A stretch of 64,000 nucleotides of DNA, taken from positions 290 through 64,289 of the forward strand of contig JAIOSB010000027.1 in the NCBI GenBank assembly GCA_021107795.1, written 5' to 3'. Positions within the stretch are counted from its first letter, which is position 1; every line of letters begins with the position of its first letter. The position numbers and the translations under genes were made by a program. The DNA comes from a bacterium. Its GTDB lineage: Bacteria > Patescibacteriota > Dojkabacteria > SC72. Shown here in pieces: positions 39,696-49,910 of this stretch. The notes beneath the pieces were generated by a model. The model searched no databases. It was given only the letters and a program-made list of their open reading frames with translations, and had not been told where the DNA came from.

Positions 39696-41159
39696 ATGAG
39701 GATTACCTTAGATGACAAAGAAATAACACAACATAAAAAACACCGTCCTCCTAAAGATATAAAACAACCAAAAACTCCCAAACCACCACTTACAACTAAA
39801 CGTAAAATTACAAAAGCAATTCTTCTAATCCTTGCCGTAATTACTGTAGCAGTCATTAGTTACATAGGATACTTTGTTTACAAAGCATACAAAACAGGAA
39901 CAGCAATAGGATTCAAATTCAGACCAAATGACATCATAGCTCAAGACAATCCAGAGCTTAAAAAAGATAGTACAGGTAAATACACAAACATACTAGTTGT
40001 AGGAGTAGACACAAGAGAAAACGGGAATCTTCTAAATACAGACTCGCTCATACTCATCTCCTACAATTACGATACACAAGACATTACAATGACTTCCATC
40101 CCTAGAGATCTACATGTACAAATCAAACCAGACATATATTGGTTTAGTAGGATAAACGCTGTCTACTCCACATTTGAGCAAAACAATGATGGACAGGGAA
40201 TGCCTAGACTCTGCGAAGTAATCACAAAAGTTACAGGACAAGAAATACAATACAACGCAATGATAGACTACAAAGGATTTGTAGAATTAATAGATGCAAT
40301 CGGAGGAATAGATGTAAATGTAGAAAACAGTTTCACTGACTACATGTACCCTAGCGGATTCGGATATAAAACTGTAAGATTTTCAGAAGGAGTACAACAC
40401 ATGGACGGCTCTACTGCGCTTGAATACGCAAGATCCAGACATTCAATGCACAACGGAGAAGGATCTGACTTCGCTAGAGCAAAGAGACAACAAATCGTAA
40501 TATCCTCAATCACCGAAAAGGTAACATCAGGATCACTCCTAGATCCAAGAGCTCTCATGAACCTCTTTAATGTAGTACAAGACAATATACAAATCTCAGA
40601 ATTCACACTCGACGATATTGGAGTAGGAGTAGACCTACTCAGTGAGTTTAAAGAAACTGGAAACAGCTACTCCTTCATCCTCGATCCAAGTGCAGGAGCA
40701 GGCAGACTCCTCACAAGCCAAAACGTCATAAATACAGGAGCATATGCAATTGGACCAGTAGATGGACTTGGACAATATGACGACATACATGAATACATGA
40801 CCCTCCTACTAACCGACCCACAACTTTACAACGAAAACCCTGTAATAAAGATTTACAATACAGGACTTGGATACAATGAAACTATGCAAAGATACAATGA
40901 CCTTGTAGAACAATTCCCATACCTCAAGATTGGATATATGGGAACACTCTACAATGACAAAGATGGAGTTACCATATACATAAACAACGACAAAGACTTC
41001 GCACACTCATTGGAATCCATAAACCGATACCTCAAACCAGATAATACAACCAAACCAGAATATCTTACTACAACACTAAACGCAGAAGATATCACAATCC
41101 TCTTTGGAAAAACAGTCGGAGAAGTCTTAGAAGAAGATACTACCCAAACAACACCTTAA
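39696..41159 (+). CDS. LCP (LytR-CpsA-Psr) family protein
   Basis: NILVVGVD, NTDSLIL, SIPRDL, RINA, ALEYARSRH, SDFARAKRQQ. Confidence 0.93.
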   Translation: MRITLDDKEITQHKKHRPPKDIKQPKTPKPPLTTKRKITKAILLILAVITVAVISYIGYFVYKAYKTGTAIGFKFRPNDIIAQDNPELKKDSTGKYTNILVVGVDTRENGNLLNTDSLILISYNYDTQDITMTSIPRDLHVQIKPDIYWFSRINAVYSTFEQNNDGQGMPRLCEVITKVTGQEIQYNAMIDYKGFVELIDAIGGIDVNVENSFTDYMYPSGFGYKTVRFSEGVQHMDGSTALEYARSRHSMHNGEGSDFARAKRQQIVISSITEKVTSGSLLDPRALMNLFNVVQDNIQISEFTLDDIGVGVDLLSEFKETGNSYSFILDPSAGAGRLLTSQNVINTGAYAIGPVDGLGQYDDIHEYMTLLLTDPQLYNENPVIKIYNTGLGYNETMQRYNDLVEQFPYLKIGYMGTLYNDKDGVTIYINNDKDFAHSLESINRYLKPDNTTKPEYLTTTLNAEDITILFGKTVGEVLEEDTTQTTP

Positions 41160-41160
41160 G

Positions 41161-42081
41161 ATGCAAAAACTCTACCATGGTAAAAACAAATACCTCTCAC
41201 TACGATCCATACACGAATTACTCAATACAGAATTCCTGAACCACGAAATTATCACCATAGATGCAGACAGCACTAAAGCAGAAAAAATAATTGACACCCT
41301 CTACTCCCCATCCCTCTTCTCTACATCCAAAACATATTTCCTCAAACGAGTATACAAAAACAAAGAAAAAGAAATTTTGATTAAGAACCTTTTCGAAATA
41401 TTAGACAACAACTCTTCTACAATACTCATTTGGGAAGACCAGAAAATCAGAAGTAATACAAACTATTTTAAATTCTTTAAAAATCAAAACTCCGTAGAAG
41501 AATTCCCCGAGTTAAATAAGCGAAGCTTCCTAACATGGGCAAAAAAAGAAATAGAAGAATTACCATTTACAATACCACAAGATATACTCAACACACTCTC
41601 TCAAAGATCAAACTACGAACCAGAACGATTCAACAACAACATCGAAAAACTTAAACTCCTAGAAACAGACACCATTGATACAAAGAAACTAGACCAAACC
41701 GTAGCAGACACACTTGAAACAGATATCTGGAAACTAATGGATTACATTAATATCTCAGACCATACGGGTATAAATAATACACTAGAAAAACTCCTTGAAT
41801 ATAAAACTGACCCTCATTACATCCTCGCTATGATAGCCAGAAACCTAAGAATTGCAATACAGATAAAACATTTACTAGAGAACAACACAAATGAAAGATC
41901 AATTGCATCGATACTCAAACTCCCTCCATTTGCAATATATTCAATAATGAAAAGTGTCAAAAAGGTTAACAAAGGAAGACTCCTCCTACAATATCAAAAA
42001 CTTTGTAACCTTGACTATGAAATCAAGACAGGAAGAATAGAATCCACGCTAGGACTCTCTCTCTTCACCCTAATACTTTAG
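41161..42081 (+). CDS. holA: DNA polymerase III delta subunit
   Basis: LYHGKNKYL, SPSLF, NIEKL, IWKLMD, LDYEIKTG; typical size and context near rpsT. Confidence 0.8.
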   Translation: MQKLYHGKNKYLSLRSIHELLNTEFLNHEIITIDADSTKAEKIIDTLYSPSLFSTSKTYFLKRVYKNKEKEILIKNLFEILDNNSSTILIWEDQKIRSNTNYFKFFKNQNSVEEFPELNKRSFLTWAKKEIEELPFTIPQDILNTLSQRSNYEPERFNNNIEKLKLLETDTIDTKKLDQTVADTLETDIWKLMDYINISDHTGINNTLEKLLEYKTDPHYILAMIARNLRIAIQIKHLLENNTNERSIASILKLPPFAIYSIMKSVKKVNKGRLLLQYQKLCNLDYEIKTGRIESTLGLSLFTLIL

Positions 42082-42141
42082 TTGACATTTATCCGTATAA
42101 TAACCTAAACTGTATCAACATTGTAATATTACTGCCTAAAT

Positions 42142-43863
42142 ATGGACCAGCAGAAGAAAAAATCCAAAACAATAACAAATATCCTTTTTACACTACTAGG
42201 AATACTAATCCTAGCCTTAGTCGGAGCAATAATATACTTCTACCTCATTGGAGATATTTTTCAGAAAGAGGAAGATCTAATAATAACCTGTGGATGTTAC
42301 TACATAGACCCTCAAGTTACTGACACATGTGGTGATACAAAAAGAGCTTTCAAGTTCAATACATCTACTGGCACATTAAACGAATGTTCTGCTTCCTGCC
42401 CACTTACAGAACTATCACCCAATATGCTTAACAGTACAACTCTACAAGAAGCTTACATAACTTGTACCACAAAGAATGTACCAAGTACCAAATGTAATGC
42501 AATGGAGATTAAAACAAAGGAAGGTCTAACCGTTACTGGAAAGATTAATCCAGAAGAAACAATAACTATTACTGCAACCTTTGATTCAACACAATATACA
42601 GATCACAAATTCCTAATAAACAATGTCCCCTCTCAACCTGATGAAACTACAGATACTACCATATCCAAAACACTTGCAGGTTTCGGAGACGACAGTACAC
42701 TACAAATCTCTGCACAAGCAGTAGACAGTACAGGAGATACAGTAAGTTCAATCATATGTAACAGACTAATCGAGATAACTACAACTACAGAAACTGGTGT
42801 AAGTGCACTAACACTTGATACATATACATCAAGTGGAAAAACAATAGTACAATCAGCACTCATATCTGCAGGAGGACTCAAAGACACATCCACTACTATA
42901 AAATTCTCTTTCAAGGATGAAGTACTTACAATGATAAACGGTTTTGAATTGGACCCAGACAAAGGACGAATCACAATCACAGAAAGTAATCTCTACAATT
43001 CTCTTAACTTCGTAGAAAGCAAATCATTTTCTGCTCTCGATACATATCAAGGAGATGTAACAGTAACAGCAGAAGTACTCCAAGACAATATCAGTCTAGG
43101 AACTGCGACTGAAGAAATAATTCTTTCAACCACTCAAGACGATCAAACACAAGAAGAAGATGAAGACGACACTACGGCAACTAAATCACAATTTAATGTG
43201 ACAAAAGCTTCTTCAGAAACATGTGTAGAAAGAGTCTCTCCAGATAACAGCTCCACATTTACAATAACTATTAGAAATAATGGAGAGGAGACTGACACCA
43301 TAGAATCAATAAAGGATAAACTCCCTCTAGGATTTGAATATGTAGCAAGCTCCTCTACGTTGAATGGAAACCCAATTGCAGATTCTGTGTTTGTAACGAC
43401 ATCAGACATAGGACAATCCCAAGAAATTGTATGGGAGCCACAAAACTCTTGGTCAATAGATACAGGAGAGACATTGATAATATCATTCAATGCAATTGCA
43501 GGAAGCGCATCTTTAACTGGTACAAACCTAAACGAAGTAATTGTAACACCATCTGAAATACCAGAAGACCCCGCAACACTAAGCTCCTCCATAGAAATAG
43601 TCGTTGCTCAAGACTGTGACGACATAGACACCACCGTACCTCAAACAGGGATATTTGACAGTATAGTTGGAAGAATCTTCTTCGGTATTGCTACCATCAT
43701 GATTGGGATAATAATATACAACACAAACAGAGGGACTCAGTTAGCCACAATGGTTATAAACTCAAATACATACAGAAACGCAGAAATGACATCCTACAAG
43801 ATATTCTCCCCTAAACGCTACTTTGAGGAAAGATTACTGGAGAGAAGAGAGAGAGAAAGATAA
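42142..43863 (+). CDS. Surface protein with DUF11-like domain and LPXTG-like (VPQTG) sorting signal
   Basis: FTITIRNNG..IKDKLPLGFEYV; C-terminal VPQTG + hydrophobic helix + charged tail; also an N-terminal TM. Confidence 0.8.
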   Translation: MDQQKKKSKTITNILFTLLGILILALVGAIIYFYLIGDIFQKEEDLIITCGCYYIDPQVTDTCGDTKRAFKFNTSTGTLNECSASCPLTELSPNMLNSTTLQEAYITCTTKNVPSTKCNAMEIKTKEGLTVTGKINPEETITITATFDSTQYTDHKFLINNVPSQPDETTDTTISKTLAGFGDDSTLQISAQAVDSTGDTVSSIICNRLIEITTTTETGVSALTLDTYTSSGKTIVQSALISAGGLKDTSTTIKFSFKDEVLTMINGFELDPDKGRITITESNLYNSLNFVESKSFSALDTYQGDVTVTAEVLQDNISLGTATEEIILSTTQDDQTQEEDEDDTTATKSQFNVTKASSETCVERVSPDNSSTFTITIRNNGEETDTIESIKDKLPLGFEYVASSSTLNGNPIADSVFVTTSDIGQSQEIVWEPQNSWSIDTGETLIISFNAIAGSASLTGTNLNEVIVTPSEIPEDPATLSSSIEIVVAQDCDDIDTTVPQTGIFDSIVGRIFFGIATIMIGIIIYNTNRGTQLATMVINSNTYRNAEMTSYKIFSPKRYFEERLLERRERER

Positions 43864-44232
43864 AGGAACTCCACTGTCACCATAATCCATACCCCCTGAA
43901 CTAATCACAAAATAGTAATACTTTGTACTAAGTAACTTCTCAAGAACTACTGTATGTATCTCAGACGAGAGATCTTTAGTATCAATACTTACCAAATCTA
44001 AATTCCCCATATCATCCCCATATATTACATAACCCAAACACTCCTCCTCCGTCTTCCAATCAATTACAACCTGATGATCATCCTCCCCCTTAGACAAAGA
44101 AACATTGTACGGCACACAACCAGACACCATATCTAAATCACTAGAACCTTGAGCCTTGAAAACAAATACAACAAGTGCCCCAACAAGACATACCAAAACT
44201 CCACCAAATATATAGATCAACTTTTTACTCAT
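43834..44232 (-). CDS. Small TM-anchored FN3 protein
   Basis: VVIDWKTEEECLGYVIYG..HTVVLEKL..YYFVISSG; start ATG 44232. Confidence 0.75.
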   Translation of the reverse strand: MSKKLIYIFGGVLVCLVGALVVFVFKAQGSSDLDMVSGCVPYNVSLSKGEDDHQVVIDWKTEEECLGYVIYGDDMGNLDLVSIDTKDLSSEIHTVVLEKLLSTKYYYFVISSGGMDYGDSGVPLSFSLSSLQ

Positions 44233-44626
44233 AAACCTCAACTAAAACATAATTTACTACAGAAGAAGAACTCTCCCCATCTGAAACTGTCACAACATAC
44301 TTGTAAGTACCACTCTCAAACGGAATCCCTCTAATTTCATTCCCCTCTATCTCCATCCACAAAGGTTCCTCTGTTAAAGATATAACTACATCCACCCCCT
44401 CAGTATCTAAATCACTTACCTCTACAATATACCTAAAAAGTTCTCCAACATACAAAGACCTCATAGGAACAGATGAAATATATGGTACCCCCTGGTAATT
44501 AACAACACTACTACCCAATACACCCTCATCCAAAGTATCTCTACCATCCAAAACAGAATGACCCACAACACCAACTAAGGTAACAATAAGAACAACCAAA
44601 ATCCAAACTCTAATCCTTTGTTTCAT
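44225..44626 (-). CDS. Small TM-anchored Ig (He_PIG/cadherin-like) protein
   Basis: PYISSVP..YIVEVSDLD..PLWMEI..IRGIP..VTVSDG. True start is likely ATG 44626; the longer track ORF overlaps rpsT. Confidence 0.75.
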   Translation of the reverse strand: MKQRIRVWILVVLIVTLVGVVGHSVLDGRDTLDEGVLGSSVVNYQGVPYISSVPMRSLYVGELFRYIVEVSDLDTEGVDVVISLTEEPLWMEIEGNEIRGIPFESGTYKYVVTVSDGESSSSVVNYVLVEVYE

Positions 44627-44654
44627 ACAATATAGTGTAACAGAAATTTTGATG

Positions 44655-44683
44655 TTTACAAATACCTTAAATACCGATATAAT
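44655..44683 (+). promoter_or_regulatory. Putative rpsT promoter
   Basis: TTTACA (44655-60), 17 bp, TATAAT (44678-83). Confidence 0.6.
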
Positions 44684-44717
44684 TACCGACTTCAAATTAA
44701 TATATTTCGATAATTGA

Positions 44718-45014
44718 ATGCCAAATTTAAGAACATCAATAAAAGATCTCAGACAAACTAAGAAGAGAACCATTTTTAACGACAGACTAAGAAATCGAGT
44801 AAAGAAAGCTACCAAAAGATTTAACACTCTAGTAGAAGAGAAAAAGCTTGATGAAGCAACAAAAGCACTCCCTCAAGTAAATAAGGTACTTGACAAAGCG
44901 GCCAAGAAACATATTATTAAGAAAGGCAACGCAAGCAGAAATAAATCAAGACTTGCAGCTAAACTTAATAATCTTGCCCAAGAGAATGTCAAACCTTCTA
45001 AAAAAAGCACTTAA
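44718..45014 (+). CDS. rpsT: 30S ribosomal protein S20
   Basis: MPNLRTSIKDLRQ..LDKAAKKHIIKKGNASRNKSRL. Confidence 0.95.
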   Translation: MPNLRTSIKDLRQTKKRTIFNDRLRNRVKKATKRFNTLVEEKKLDEATKALPQVNKVLDKAAKKHIIKKGNASRNKSRLAAKLNNLAQENVKPSKKST

Positions 45015-45540
45015 ACTCTCACTACTTCCAGCAATCCTCATGATTGCAGGTAAATTCTTTGGTCTCTTTGTACTAATCGCATTTTACAGTATCCAATTTA
45101 GTGTAGGAAATGAAATTTCTGGAATCTTCTCTACACAAATCTTTCTTCCAACTTCTGAAACCACCCTTTTTGTTAACTCTCTCTCAGACTTAGCAATGAT
45201 CTCAATACTAGGCATCTCCACCATATATATGATCCTCCAAACAACCCTACTACAAAGTACGAAGAATAATCCAAGAACAATAGCGAAGGTTGTAAAATTT
45301 AATATGCTCAAATGGATAACAAGCAAGACTTCTACATTTCTCCAAATCTTCATATGGACAACATTTGTTGTGATATCCTCAATAATTACCATTACAAACT
45401 CCCTCCAAGGAGATACATACCTCTGGGTAGGCATTAGTGCAGGAGTAATATCACTCCTCTGTATATGGGGACTAATTAAAACATTTGAAATTGAAACAGA
45501 GAAGATATATCCTAGTAGTAGTAAGCATTCATACTTCTAA
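44986..45540 (+). CDS. Hypothetical multi-pass membrane protein
   Basis: About four TM helices; likely start ATG 44986 (MSNLLKKAL), overlapping the rpsT end. Confidence 0.7.
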   Translation: MSNLLKKALKLSLLPAILMIAGKFFGLFVLIAFYSIQFSVGNEISGIFSTQIFLPTSETTLFVNSLSDLAMISILGISTIYMILQTTLLQSTKNNPRTIAKVVKFNMLKWITSKTSTFLQIFIWTTFVVISSIITITNSLQGDTYLWVGISAGVISLLCIWGLIKTFEIETEKIYPSSSKHSYF

Positions 45541-45542
45541 AA

Positions 45543-46109
45543 ATGATAACAAAGAACAATCAATCAAAAGTAAGATCCTTCTCAGGCAAGATTCTTGAGC
45601 CACTTGCACTTGGTTTACTAGCACTACTCTTCATAATTCCAGCACTCACGGTAATGAATCTTAAACCACTTACAAAGGATACCAAAGATTTCTCAAATGT
45701 CTTAGGTGTAACTACCAATTCTCAAATCATTGTAGATCTAATAGGAGGTACACACGAGATCTTAAGCGTAGAGAAGATATATAAGGATGGGGAGAGTGGA
45801 TATAGATATGGTACATTACTTGCACAAAGAGATTCTGACTTTTACTCCAAACCAATATTACAAATTACAAACAATACAAACGAAGAAAAGATCTTAACCT
45901 TCCTAGGTAGTACACTCCATCCTACGCAATCAAAGATAGGGTTGATAATAAATGACCAAGCATATGGCTTGCAAGATAGTACAGGTCAATCAGAGCTCGT
46001 AGAGATACTACTTAAACCAAGGGTCGCATATGATATATATCTAACAGTAGAGAATACAGTTGATATACAATTCAGTGAAGAATTTGAGATGAAGATAGGG
46101 ATTAAGTAG
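45543..46109 (+). CDS. TM-anchored hypothetical protein
   Basis: 188-aa ORF with N-terminal TM and a VLG linker. Confidence 0.7.
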   Translation: MITKNNQSKVRSFSGKILEPLALGLLALLFIIPALTVMNLKPLTKDTKDFSNVLGVTTNSQIIVDLIGGTHEILSVEKIYKDGESGYRYGTLLAQRDSDFYSKPILQITNNTNEEKILTFLGSTLHPTQSKIGLIINDQAYGLQDSTGQSELVEILLKPRVAYDIYLTVENTVDIQFSEEFEMKIGIK

Positions 46110-46149
46110 TCACTATCAAAAAATCCCTTTCCTTTGTATAATCCATACT

Positions 46150-47967
46150 ATGCACGAACTCAGTAAAATACGCAATTTCTCAATAATTGCACACATTGAC
46201 CATGGAAAATCTACACTAGCTGATAGGATACTAGAAGTTACAGACACAGATACCAGAAGTGAAAAACACGACGAACGAATCCTAGACAGACTAGAACTAG
46301 AACAAGAAAGAGGAATAACGATAAAACTACAAGCATGCAGAATGAACTACAAAGAATACCAACTAAACCTCATAGACACACCCGGACACGTAGACTTCTC
46401 CTACGAAGTATCCCGATCCCTAGCAGCCTGTGAAGCAGCCCTACTCCTAGTAGACGCATCACAAGGAATACAAGCACAAACAATATCAAACACCAAAAAA
46501 GCCCTAGACCTAGGACTCACCCTCATACCAGTACTAAACAAAATAGACCTACCACATGTCGATATAGAAGAAAGAGAACAAGAAATATGTAACCTTCTAG
46601 GATTTGAAAAAGAAGAGATTGTCAAAGTCTCTGCCAAAACAGGAGAAAATGTAGAACTCTTACTCGACGAGATAATAAAACAATGCCCACCGCCACAAGG
46701 CGACACCAAAGCCCCACTACAAGCCCTAATCTTTGACTCCTTCTACGACGAACACAGAGGAGTAGTCGTTGCTGTAAGAATATTCAATGGATCCATCTCT
46801 CACAAACACGGTAAACCACAAGACCTCTTCATGCTCCAAAAACAAGAAAGCTTCAAACCTACGGAAATAGGGATATTTAATCCAGATCTAAAAGAAACAA
46901 ACTCCCTAGGAACAGGAGAAGTCGGATACATTGCAACCGGACTCAAAGATATTAGATACTTCACAGTAGGAGACACAGTATCAGACCACAAAGAAACAAA
47001 AGCCCTACCCGGTTACCAAACACCAAAATCAAATGTATTCGCAACCTTCTTCCCAACTACCTCAGAAGATTACGAACTCCTTAAAATATCTCTAAACAAA
47101 TTAGCCCTAAACGATGCAGCACTCGTCTTCTCAGACCAAAGATCTGCACTACTAGGATCAGGATTTAGATGTGGTTTCCTAGGACTCCTACACATGCAAA
47201 TTGTACAAGAAAGATTAGAAAGAGAATATGATGTAGAACTGATAATTACAGCACCTACTGTAGAATATCACGTCACCTCTATCAACGATGAGAAATTAAT
47301 CATACAAACACCAAGTGAACTCCCAGACCCAAATAAAATAAAGGAAATCTCAGAACCATGGGTCAGAACAGAAATACTAACACCAGACAGATACATGGGA
47401 GACCTGATGAACCTTTGCCAAGCTCACAGAGGAACATACATAAATACCAAATACCTCTCACAAGGTGATGCCAACATCAAACTAAAAGACCAATACATCC
47501 TACTCGAATACGATATGCCACTAGCCTCTCTGATTTCCAACTTCTTCGATCAACTCAAAAACATCTCAAGTGGATACGCCTCCATGGAGTACGAATTTAT
47601 AGACTTCTTCCCAGTAGACCTAGTGAAAGTCTCTGTACTTGTAAACCACGATGAAATACCAGCCCTAAGCTTCCTAGAAACTAGAGAAGGAGCCAGACCA
47701 AAAGCAACGAAATTACTCGAAGTAATGAAAACAGTAATACCAAGACAACAATTCCCAATACCACTACAAGCCGCAATAGGAGCAAAAATCATTGCAAGAG
47801 AAGATGTAAGAGCATTCAGAAAAGATGTCACAGCCAATCTCTACGGTGGAGACTACAGTAGAAAACAAAAACTCCTCAAAAAACAAAAGAAAGGAAAGAA
47901 AAGACTTAAACAAGTCGGACGGGTCAATATCCCACAAGAAGCCTTCCTTGCAATATTAAAAACATAA
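46150..47967 (+). CDS. lepA: Elongation factor 4 (LepA)
   Basis: IRNFSIIAHIDHGKSTLADR, NKID, GFRCGFLGLLH, YGGDYSRKQKLL. Confidence 0.98.
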   Translation: MHELSKIRNFSIIAHIDHGKSTLADRILEVTDTDTRSEKHDERILDRLELEQERGITIKLQACRMNYKEYQLNLIDTPGHVDFSYEVSRSLAACEAALLLVDASQGIQAQTISNTKKALDLGLTLIPVLNKIDLPHVDIEEREQEICNLLGFEKEEIVKVSAKTGENVELLLDEIIKQCPPPQGDTKAPLQALIFDSFYDEHRGVVVAVRIFNGSISHKHGKPQDLFMLQKQESFKPTEIGIFNPDLKETNSLGTGEVGYIATGLKDIRYFTVGDTVSDHKETKALPGYQTPKSNVFATFFPTTSEDYELLKISLNKLALNDAALVFSDQRSALLGSGFRCGFLGLLHMQIVQERLEREYDVELIITAPTVEYHVTSINDEKLIIQTPSELPDPNKIKEISEPWVRTEILTPDRYMGDLMNLCQAHRGTYINTKYLSQGDANIKLKDQYILLEYDMPLASLISNFFDQLKNISSGYASMEYEFIDFFPVDLVKVSVLVNHDEIPALSFLETREGARPKATKLLEVMKTVIPRQQFPIPLQAAIGAKIIAREDVRAFRKDVTANLYGGDYSRKQKLLKKQKKGKKRLKQVGRVNIPQEAFLAILKT

Positions 47968-49052
47968 TGATTAAGAAGCTCAAATTAAACAACTTTAGGA
48001 AATTCAAAGACCTAGAATTAGAATTCACATCCGATATCATTGTCTTCCACGGTAACAATGCACAAGGAAAAAGCTCAATACTAGAAGCCCTCCACATCAT
48101 CTGTAACGGCAACTCACCATGGTCAAGTGGTAACGAATATATCAATAACAAACAAAATGGAATATCACAACACAGCAGAATTGAAATAACCACAAAAGAA
48201 CATACATATGCCCATTACAAAGACAAAAATCGCAAAACATATATGATAGACGACAGTAAAACCACACCCAAGAAATTCTTCATTAACAATTCCGCAACAA
48301 TCTTTAACCCAGAAAGAATAGACCTACTCATGCTCTCCCCTAACCAAAGAAGAACTTTCTTAGACGAAACCATCTCCGCTATAAACTACGAATACCCCTC
48401 CATACTCTCCAAATTCCGGAAAGTACTTAAACAAAGAAACTCTCACTTAAAGAAATTGGCTAAGAAGTTTTACGAAAAAGGAATAATCTCCAGACACGAC
48501 CCACAACTCAACTTCTGGACACTACAACTCTCAGAACTCTCCTCTATTATCTACATAGAAAGATTAAAGATTTTAGAAAAGTTCTCAGAAGAAAAGTTCT
48601 CACTTGAATATGACTTCTGCAATAAAAACCTACAACCCATTGAAAAGATAAAAAACAAAATAGAAGAAATCCAAAAGATTCTAGACCTTGCTCTGGAAGA
48701 CAACAAGAAACGAGACATAGTAACAGGCTACACCAATATAGGACCACACAGAGACGACTGGAATATATTTACAGACCAAGACATTAAAAAATATGGATCT
48801 CGTGGACAAAAAAGATTGGCTGTAGGCAATCTAGTCTTTAAATCCCATGAGATAATAGCAAAAGAGCTAGGATATCACCCTATCCTTCTACTAGACGATA
48901 TAGCATCAGAATTAGACATTAAAAATACAAAGGAAGTATTCAACAAAAAAGTATTAAACAAACAACAAACATTTATAACCACAGTAGATAAGAAAATATT
49001 ACCAAAACATATTCTAGAAAATGCCCAATTCTTCAATCTTAATAAATATTAG
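47967..49052 (+). CDS. recF: DNA replication/repair protein RecF
   Basis: NNFRKF, GNNAQGKS, RRTFLD, GPHRDD, SRGQKR, PILLLDDIASELD. Confidence 0.93.
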   Translation: MIKKLKLNNFRKFKDLELEFTSDIIVFHGNNAQGKSSILEALHIICNGNSPWSSGNEYINNKQNGISQHSRIEITTKEHTYAHYKDKNRKTYMIDDSKTTPKKFFINNSATIFNPERIDLLMLSPNQRRTFLDETISAINYEYPSILSKFRKVLKQRNSHLKKLAKKFYEKGIISRHDPQLNFWTLQLSELSSIIYIERLKILEKFSEEKFSLEYDFCNKNLQPIEKIKNKIEEIQKILDLALEDNKKRDIVTGYTNIGPHRDDWNIFTDQDIKKYGSRGQKRLAVGNLVFKSHEIIAKELGYHPILLLDDIASELDIKNTKEVFNKKVLNKQQTFITTVDKKILPKHILENAQFFNLNKY

Positions 49053-49840
49053 GTTCTCTCTAAGATATCCCTCCTAAAATCTCTAGGAAAGAACTCTATT
49101 CTCCCCTTCCCAAACCCCCTTAACAACCTCCTCACATCAGGCCTATGCCTCATTAATAGCATAAACACGAACTGTCCACAGAAACAAAAACAGTTAACAG
49201 GAAACAGTAAATAATTTCTTTTACTCAACCCCTTCAACATCCCCATTCTAATATCCTCCTTCTTTAAGAAAGACTCTGATACCAAAAACTTCTCTTTCAA
49301 CCAACTATTCTGAAGAAAGATAACACTCAAAAACTCCTTCTTATAAACCGGCTTCAGAAATAATAACTCATTCAAATTGAAAATATCATCATCAAATACC
49401 AAACTCCTCTCCTCTGTCAAAAGATTAATACACAACTTATCCTTCACCTCCAACCTCTTCTTTTTTAATCTAACTCTCTGTTCAAATATATTCCTAAAAT
49501 ACAAAAACAATCTATACACCCAAACCACATCATTTCTCGTTACAATAAATAGATCGATATCATCCCCATCCTCTACATACTCAGATGCAATAGAGCCAGA
49601 TATTCCAATAAACCGAACAAAAGGTTTGAATACAATCCAAGACAAAGATTTCTCTAACATACCCATTTTTTTCTCCATCATATCCCTCTGCACATCACTA
49701 ATCCCACTATACTCCTCACCATCTACCTCCAATCCCCACACCTCCATCACTTTCTGCTTACTAAGACATGCAGGAATATTCTTCCTGAAATTATACAACT
49801 CCTCCATATTCAAGTACTCACTCTCATTGTTTTTTCCCAT
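49049..49840 (-). CDS. Pol-beta-superfamily nucleotidyltransferase-like protein
   Basis: FIGISGSIA..DDIDLFIV (GS...DxD). Confidence 0.75.
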   Translation of the reverse strand: MGKNNESEYLNMEELYNFRKNIPACLSKQKVMEVWGLEVDGEEYSGISDVQRDMMEKKMGMLEKSLSWIVFKPFVRFIGISGSIASEYVEDGDDIDLFIVTRNDVVWVYRLFLYFRNIFEQRVRLKKKRLEVKDKLCINLLTEERSLVFDDDIFNLNELLFLKPVYKKEFLSVIFLQNSWLKEKFLVSESFLKKEDIRMGMLKGLSKRNYLLFPVNCFCFCGQFVFMLLMRHRPDVRRLLRGFGKGRIEFFPRDFRRDILERT

Positions 49841-49910
49841 ATGTATATATATAGAACAAATATTATCGGTTATTCAAACAATATTAATGCTATGGTAAAC
49901 TAAAAGCAAG

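Noticed and set aside
44627-44985. Extended N-termini of track ORFs 44225-44827 and 44890-45540
   Set aside because: They overlap rpsT and its promoter. Downstream ATGs (44626, 44986) fit better.
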